DNA from: Phycisphaerae bacterium
GTDB taxonomy: Bacteria; Planctomycetota; Phycisphaerae; UBA1845; Fen-1342
Direction: 5' to 3'
Assembly: GCA_963675745.2 (NCBI GenBank)
Contig: CAXXWX010000028.1
Coordinates: 32,001 to 96,000, forward strand
Length of the DNA stretch: 64,000 nucleotides
The stretch's first letter is position 1; each line of letters starts with the position of its first letter. Below, in pieces: positions 58,585-64,000 of the stretch. The notes beneath the pieces are model-generated. The model searched no databases and was not told where the DNA came from. It worked only from the letters and a program-made list of their open reading frames with translations. Position numbers and translations under genes: made by a program.

Positions 58585-59691
58585 CTAAGGCCGGCTGCGC
58601 TCCAGGCGCTTGAGCGCCTCTTCGTACTGGGGCATCTGCTCGGCGTCGAGCAGCTTGGTGACCTTGGCCTGGAACTTGGTCGCCAGGGCGGCCTGGGCCT
58701 CGGTATCACGGCGTTGTATGACGCGTAACTCGACTTGGGCCTCGCGTTCGAGTTCGCGAACCTGCCCTTTCTGCGCCTCGGTCAGACGCACGCGCCGGGC
58801 GGCGCGCAGAACCGTTCGCACGTCACGCGGGCCGGTCCGCTCCTTACTCTCGGCGGCGGTCGCCTGCCCATAGCCGGTCTCCTGGCGAAAATCAGCCAGC
58901 GCCGCGCGCTGGTCCTCGCGCAAGATGCCGCCAACCTGATCCAGGAAGCCAGAGAGCGCGGCGTCCATATCGGGGCGATTGGCCTGCAACTCGGCTTCAA
59001 GCTCGGCGGCGCGTTGCATATCGCCGGCCTCGCGCGCCTCGCGAATCGCCTCGAAGGTCGGGCGCATGTCCTGCCAGTTGTCGCGCATGCCCTGGCGCAT
59101 GCTATTGACCATCTCGTCGTACTGGGCACGTTGATCATCGTCGAGATTGAGCGCATCGGGCAGTTCGCGAACCATGCGGCGGCGCTGCTGGAACGACTCA
59201 CGTTCGACTTGGCGCTGTGCCATGCGCTCGCGCATGTTGTCGAGCGTGGCCAACTGGTCCTCATTGAGGACCGGTTCCAGCTCGTCGAGTGTCTTCTCCA
59301 TGGCCTCCCAGGGCCCGTTCCATTCGGGCATCTCCGATCGCAATTGGGCGGCCAGCTCCGTGTTTCCGTCGCGTTCGGCCTGGCGGATTTCTCCCCAGCG
59401 CTGACCCATCTCGCGCATGGCCTCGCGTTGCGGGGCGGTTATGCGGTCAAACTCCGCGCGTTGGGTCTCATCGAGTGCAAGCTGATCGGCGATACGATCC
59501 AGCATGCGGCCGGGCCGCATCCCGCCGCGCCGACCACCGGGGCCACCACGACCCTCGGGGCCACCACGGCCCTCGGGGCCACCTGGGCCACGGCGTTCGC
59601 CATCGGGTGGCCCACCGGGGGCAAAGGGTTGTGCGGATGCAAGAACGCTGGTGAATCCGAATGCGATGATGACGGCAAGGATGGATCTCAT
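58585..59691 (-). CDS. Secreted helical protein with Spy/CpxP-like repeats
   Basis: Signal peptide, Gly/Pro/Arg linker (GGPEGR repeats), repeated L-x-x-x-Q helical hairpin motifs (LDETQR, LNEDQL, LDDDQR, LREDQR, LTEAQK). Confidence 0.6.
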   Translation of the reverse strand: MRSILAVIIAFGFTSVLASAQPFAPGGPPDGERRGPGGPEGRGGPEGRGGPGGRRGGMRPGRMLDRIADQLALDETQRAEFDRITAPQREAMREMGQRWGEIRQAERDGNTELAAQLRSEMPEWNGPWEAMEKTLDELEPVLNEDQLATLDNMRERMAQRQVERESFQQRRRMVRELPDALNLDDDQRAQYDEMVNSMRQGMRDNWQDMRPTFEAIREAREAGDMQRAAELEAELQANRPDMDAALSGFLDQVGGILREDQRAALADFRQETGYGQATAAESKERTGPRDVRTVLRAARRVRLTEAQKGQVRELEREAQVELRVIQRRDTEAQAALATKFQAKVTKLLDAEQMPQYEEALKRLERSRP

Positions 59692-60037
59692 GTCACGCGC
59701 TCCGTTAGGTTGCGAGTCGAGTCACCGAGTGCGCAGCCAGACAGGCAGCGCGAGAATACTGCGGCATTATAGCCTAACGGCCGCCCAGGCGTTTTATTCC
59801 AGCCCGGACAGACGAATTGGCATAGTCGGGCAGTTAAGAGGCGGCGAACGGCTCGTCGCTTCGCGTCGCACCAGCGCCGGGCATCGTCGAAGTCCCTCCG
59901 TATTTGTCAGAAAGCGTATACCGCGCTGGCAACGCGGCGCGCCCGTGGCCTATACTCGCCGCTTGGTCGCCGGCCCGGCCCGGTGACCTACTCACCCAAC
60001 TCGGAACAGCAAACTGCGAACCAGGAGGACGTATCGC

Positions 60038-62878
60038 ATGCGATCAGGAATGCGGGTGCTAGGGCTGATGCTCTTTGTTGCCGCCGCCGTGTCGGCGGTC
60101 CCGGCGGCTTGGGCTGAAGAAGGCAAGCTCTTTGATTTTCAGCAGATCGAGCTGGACAACGGTCTCGATGTGGTCACGCTCGAGGACTTCTCGTGCCCGA
60201 TCGTCACGGTACAGGTCTGGTACCACGTGGGCTCGAAGGACGAAGACCCCAACCGCCAGGGTTTCGCCCATATGTTCGAGCACATGATGTTCCGCGGGAC
60301 CGACCACCTCGGCCCCAAGGACCACTTCGAGCTGATTCGCAAGACCGGCGGCACCAACAACGCCGACACCAGCTTTGACCGCACACGCTACTACCAGACC
60401 CTACCGGCCAACCAGCTCGACCTGGCCCTGTGGCTGGAGGCTGAGCGCATGGCGTTTCTGGCGGTGAACCAGGAAAACTTCGACACCGAGCGCCAGGTGG
60501 TCGAGGAAGAGCTGCGGATGTACCGCAACCAGCCCTACGGCACGCTTGCCGACCAGATGCTCAATGAGCTCTTCAAGGTCCACCCCTACCGCTGGCTGGT
60601 CAGCGGGCGCATCTCGCACCTGCGCGCCGCCCACGTGCAGGAGTTGCGTGATTTCTGGATGAAGTATTACCTCCCCAACAACGCCACGCTGATCATCGTC
60701 GGCGCGGTCAAGCACGAGGACGCACAGGCCAAGGCCCGGGAGTACTTTGGCTGGATCTCCCGTGGGCCGGAGCCGCCGCGAGTAACCGCACGCGAACCGA
60801 TGCCGACGGCGCCGCGCGAAATCGAAATCAAGGAAGACAACGCCCCCACGCCTCTGGTCGGTTTGTTGTATCACGGCGTGCCGGCATCCCACCCGGACGC
60901 GATCGCCCTGAACCTTCTGACCACGATCCTTGGCGGCGGTGAGAGCAGCCGTCTGTACCGCGACCTGGTGGCCGAGTCTCAAACCGCCGCGATCGCGATG
61001 GCCGGGGCGTTCTCGCTGGAGCAGGCCGGCATTGTCGCCGCCGGAGCGGCTTTGCCCCCGTTGGGTGGCGAATCGGCGGACGCCGTCCAATCCACCATCG
61101 CGGAACACGTCGACCGCGTGCGCAACGAGCTGGTCAGCGAACGCGAGCTGACCAAGGCCAAGAACCAGATGCTCAAGGGCGTCATCCTGCCGCAGCTCAC
61201 CGTCGAGAGCAAAGCGATGGCACTGGGCAATACGGTGATCGACTATGGCGACGCTGCCGCGGTCAATGAGCAACTCGACCGCATCCGCGCCGTCACGCGT
61301 GAGGACCTCCAGCGGGTGGCGCGCGAGTATTTGGCGCCCGACCGCGTGCTGCGCGCCAGTGTGCCGCGCGCCGGCATGATGGGACTTGGGTCGCTGTTTG
61401 GCGGCGGTGGGAAATCGCCGTACCAGCAGGAAGGCCGCGTAACGGCCGAGCCGGAGGAAGAGGCACCGCCGCCCGGGCGTCCGGGCGTGGTACGCCCCGA
61501 TTCCTATCCGGCCACACCGCCCGTGGCCGACGCACGGCTCGACTTTGACTCGAGCATCAACCGCGTTGAGCACAAGCTGCCGAACGGATTGAAGATCATG
61601 GTGGTCGAGAATCACGAGGTGCCGTATGTCACCGCGATGCTTGGCTCGCTGAACGGCGCCTGGACCGAAGAAAAGCCGGGCACCGCATCGATGGCCCTCA
61701 GCATGCTCACCAAGGGCACCGAGGCACACGACGAGGCCACACTCGCGGAGGAACTGGAGACGTACGCGATCTCCCTGAGCGGCAACGCCGGGATGGACAC
61801 CGCCTCAATTGAGCTTGGCTGCCTGACCGAGCAGATCGAGCGTGGCGTGGATTTCATGGCCGAGATTGTCCTCACGCCCACGTTCCCCGAGGAGGAATTC
61901 AAGAAGCTGGTCAACCAGGCCCGCACCGGCATGACCATCCAGGAGACGCAGCCGGAGTACATGGCCGACCGCGAGCTGCGCCGGTTACTCTGGGGCGACC
62001 ACCCGTATTCGCGGACGCCCGAGGGTGAGCTGAAGGATCTTGATCACCTGCGCGTCAGTGACCTGCGCAACTGGTGGGAGGCCAACGCGCGCCCCGAGGA
62101 CAGCGTGCTGATCTTCTCCGGCGACATCGCCCCCAAGCACGCCATCGCCCTGGCCGAAAAGGCGTTCAGCTCGTGGGTCGCGAAGGCGCCCAAGCCCGAG
62201 CTCACGCTGGCCCCCTTCCCTCAACAGGAAGCGCGCCACATATACCTCGTCGATCGCCCCGGCAAGCAGGCACAGATTCGCGTGGCCCAGCTCGGCATCA
62301 CGCGTAACCATCCGCATTACTTCGTCAGCCGGGTCGTCAACGGCTATTTCGGCGGCTCCTTCGGCAGCCGTCTGATGGATTCCCTGCGCGTCGAGAAGGG
62401 CCTGACCTATGGCGTCGGTGGCGGGTATCGGGCGTATCGTTTTGGTGGTCGCTTCATCGTGTCCACGTTCAGCAAGAACCAGTCAACCGCCGAGGCGGTC
62501 CAGGCGATCTTCGATGAGATCGAGAGGCTCAGAGCTGAGCAGCCGACCGAGGATGAGATCGGCACCTTCCGGTCTTACGCGCTGGGGAGTTTCGCCGCCG
62601 AGCGGGAAACGCCTCAGCAGGTGGCCGGCAATCTGTGGCTGCTCGAGTACGCCGGGTTGTCGGATGACTACTTCCAGCGGCTGCTCGACGGTATATCGGC
62701 GACCAGTGCGGAAGATTGTCTGGAGCTGGCCAAGGCGACGCTGGACCCGGACAAGATGATTGTGGTCGTGGTCGGCAGTGCCAAGAAGCTCGAAGAGGAT
62801 CTGGCCAAGATCGCCCCGGTCACCGTGATCAAGCCCGGCGAAGAAAAGCCGAAGGAGGTCGCCCGGGCCGGAAACTAG
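60038..62878 (+). CDS. M16 (pitrilysin-family) zinc metallopeptidase, secreted
   Basis: AGGAGG RBS, signal peptide, YHVGSKDE, GFAHMFEHMMF (HXXEH), LWLEAERM. Second M16 half lacks the Zn motif. Confidence 0.93.
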   Translation: MRSGMRVLGLMLFVAAAVSAVPAAWAEEGKLFDFQQIELDNGLDVVTLEDFSCPIVTVQVWYHVGSKDEDPNRQGFAHMFEHMMFRGTDHLGPKDHFELIRKTGGTNNADTSFDRTRYYQTLPANQLDLALWLEAERMAFLAVNQENFDTERQVVEEELRMYRNQPYGTLADQMLNELFKVHPYRWLVSGRISHLRAAHVQELRDFWMKYYLPNNATLIIVGAVKHEDAQAKAREYFGWISRGPEPPRVTAREPMPTAPREIEIKEDNAPTPLVGLLYHGVPASHPDAIALNLLTTILGGGESSRLYRDLVAESQTAAIAMAGAFSLEQAGIVAAGAALPPLGGESADAVQSTIAEHVDRVRNELVSERELTKAKNQMLKGVILPQLTVESKAMALGNTVIDYGDAAAVNEQLDRIRAVTREDLQRVAREYLAPDRVLRASVPRAGMMGLGSLFGGGGKSPYQQEGRVTAEPEEEAPPPGRPGVVRPDSYPATPPVADARLDFDSSINRVEHKLPNGLKIMVVENHEVPYVTAMLGSLNGAWTEEKPGTASMALSMLTKGTEAHDEATLAEELETYAISLSGNAGMDTASIELGCLTEQIERGVDFMAEIVLTPTFPEEEFKKLVNQARTGMTIQETQPEYMADRELRRLLWGDHPYSRTPEGELKDLDHLRVSDLRNWWEANARPEDSVLIFSGDIAPKHAIALAEKAFSSWVAKAPKPELTLAPFPQQEARHIYLVDRPGKQAQIRVAQLGITRNHPHYFVSRVVNGYFGGSFGSRLMDSLRVEKGLTYGVGGGYRAYRFGGRFIVSTFSKNQSTAEAVQAIFDEIERLRAEQPTEDEIGTFRSYALGSFAAERETPQQVAGNLWLLEYAGLSDDYFQRLLDGISATSAEDCLELAKATLDPDKMIVVVVGSAKKLEEDLAKIAPVTVIKPGEEKPKEVARAGN

Positions 62879-62895
62879 AGTCTCTGCGCCAGGGC

Positions 62896-62978
62896 GTGGC
62901 GCTTGGCCCCCGAGTTGGACGTGCGCGGCGGGACAGTGCGCGAGCGGAATGACGGCCGGCTCGGGGGCCGGCCGCCAT
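62896..62978. repeat. Second inverted pair of REP-like palindromes (degenerate)
   Basis: GTGGCGCTTGGCCCCCGAGTTGGACG at 62896-62921 (+) and ATGGCGGCCGGCCCCCGAGCCGGCCG at 62953-62978 (-). Confidence 0.65.
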
Positions 62979-62996
62979 TACATGGGAGATGGCAAC

Positions 62997-63437
62997 ATGA
63001 CCGATCCGTTTTTGCTAGCCGCGCTCGATGAGGCTAAGCAAGGCGCGGTGGAGGGTGGCATCCCGATTGGATCAGTGCTGGTCATCGATGGACAGATCGT
63101 CGGCCGTGGGCACAATCGCCGCGTCCAGCGTGGCAGCGCGATTCTGCACGCCGAGATGGACTGCCTCGAAAACGCCGGCCGTTTGGGGGCGGCCGATTAC
63201 TCCCGCGCGACGCTCTATTCCACGCTGTCGCCGTGTGATATGTGCAGTGGTGCCGCCCTGCTGTACGGCATTCCGAAGATCGTGATCGGCGAGAACAAGA
63301 CCTTCCAGGGCCCGGAGGATTATGTGCGTTCGCGCGGCGTGCAACTGGAGATCGTCAACGACGCCGACTGCATCCGCCTGATGCGCGACTTCATCGAGGC
63401 GCACCCCGAGCTGTGGAACGAAGACATCGGCGAATGA
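62997..63437 (+). CDS. Cytosine/nucleoside deaminase (CDA fold, yeast FCY1-like)
   Basis: GGIPIGSVL, GHNRRVQ, HAEMDCLENAGR, TLSPCDMC, WNEDIGE. Confidence 0.9.
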   Translation: MTDPFLLAALDEAKQGAVEGGIPIGSVLVIDGQIVGRGHNRRVQRGSAILHAEMDCLENAGRLGAADYSRATLYSTLSPCDMCSGAALLYGIPKIVIGENKTFQGPEDYVRSRGVQLEIVNDADCIRLMRDFIEAHPELWNEDIGE

Positions 63438-63492
63438 GGCGCCGCCCCGCGGATGCGTAGCGTCCCAAAGACGCGTGGTGGCCCGAAGACAC

Positions 63493-63518
63493 GTAGCGTC
63501 CGATCCCCGAGTCGGACG
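63493..63518 (+). repeat. REP-like palindrome copy
   Basis: GTAGCGTCCGATCCCCGAGTCGGACG, 25/26 identical to 36669-36694. Confidence 0.8.
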
Positions 63519-63589
63519 TGCCTCGACAACGTGGCGTAGAGCCGCAGGGTGGGTCGAGCGCAGCGCGACCTGCCATGGCAACCGTTCCA

Positions 63590-64000
63590 TCACACCCGCA
63601 CATCACGCTGCGCCTGATGTGCCTTGCCGAGCTGCTTGCGCAATATCGCCAACAGCGTTGGCGTCTCGAGGTACGCTTTCGACAAGCGCCAGTGGACGGT
63701 CTTCGGATCGGGCATGCGCGGCGAGCCGGGGCCGTCGTTGAAGAGCTCGTCGACACGCGCCAGATCATCGACCGAAAATACAACGTCCGGCGGTCTCAGC
63801 ACCATCGCGCGGATGCCCCAGCCGGCCGCCAGCACGCGAATCTCGGCCAGATCGAGCAAGGTCTGCACATCGTCCGGCAACGCACCAAACGCGTCGCGCA
63901 GGTCGGCGTCAAGTGTTTTAAGGTCCTCCGGCGTCGCGCAGCTTGTCAGCCGCTTGTACACGTCCATGCGCTGCCGCTCTGAACGGATGTACGCGCGCGG
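63590..64000 (-). CDS. mfd: Transcription-repair coupling factor, C-terminal TRCF domain (5' partial)
   Basis: Frame is open to the window edge: PRAYIRSERQRMDVYKRL...LRDAFGALPDDVQTLLDLAEIRVLAAGWGI. Confidence 0.82.
   Translation of the reverse strand, partial: PRAYIRSERQRMDVYKRLTSCATPEDLKTLDADLRDAFGALPDDVQTLLDLAEIRVLAAGWGIRAMVLRPPDVVFSVDDLARVDELFNDGPGSPRMPDPKTVHWRLSKAYLETPTLLAILRKQLGKAHQAQRDVRV

Noticed and set aside
60401..61729. 442-aa minus-strand ORF
   Set aside because: Antisense shadow of the M16 peptidase, which has strong codon bias and clear motifs.

Overview
GC-rich bacterial window, most likely a Planctomycetota (Phycisphaerae-like) genome. This is inferred from prepilin-leader DUF1559-like proteins, Cys/Asp-rich DCNGNGxPDEC repeats, a dockerin-like tail and VPxPG-type sorting signals. 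Bases 1-36600 form one large Wzx/Wzy-dependent exopolysaccharide/cell-surface locus. It has a nucleotidyltransferase, Wzc, a fused priming glycosyltransferase, TagA and GT4 enzymes, a CapK-like ligase, a bi-domain oxidoreductase, two methyltransferases, Wzy, a sulfotransferase, Wzx and an ATP-grasp enzyme. It also has a frameshifted repeat/beta-helix lipoprotein, an EpsI + exosortase pair, two PEP-CTERM-like substrates, a giant TPR protein, Wza and a double cyclophilin-like lipoprotein. The most striking item is ORF 26920-27498, between the exosortase and its substrates. It combines a signal peptide, an internal PEP-CTERM-like segment and a C-terminal PRGPP motif, the layout of a candidate ribosome-arrest monitoring peptide (hypothesis only). 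The rest holds an ArsR-permease-thioredoxin-CcdA operon, an S41 peptidase, prepilin-like proteins, a FixJ-type regulator, nfnAB, miaA, addBA, gpsA, a GHL10 hydrolase, an M16 peptidase, a cytosine deaminase and the 3' end of mfd. A family of GTAG-type REP-like palindromes with compensatory changes is also present. No rRNA, tRNA, CRISPR array or transposase was recognised.
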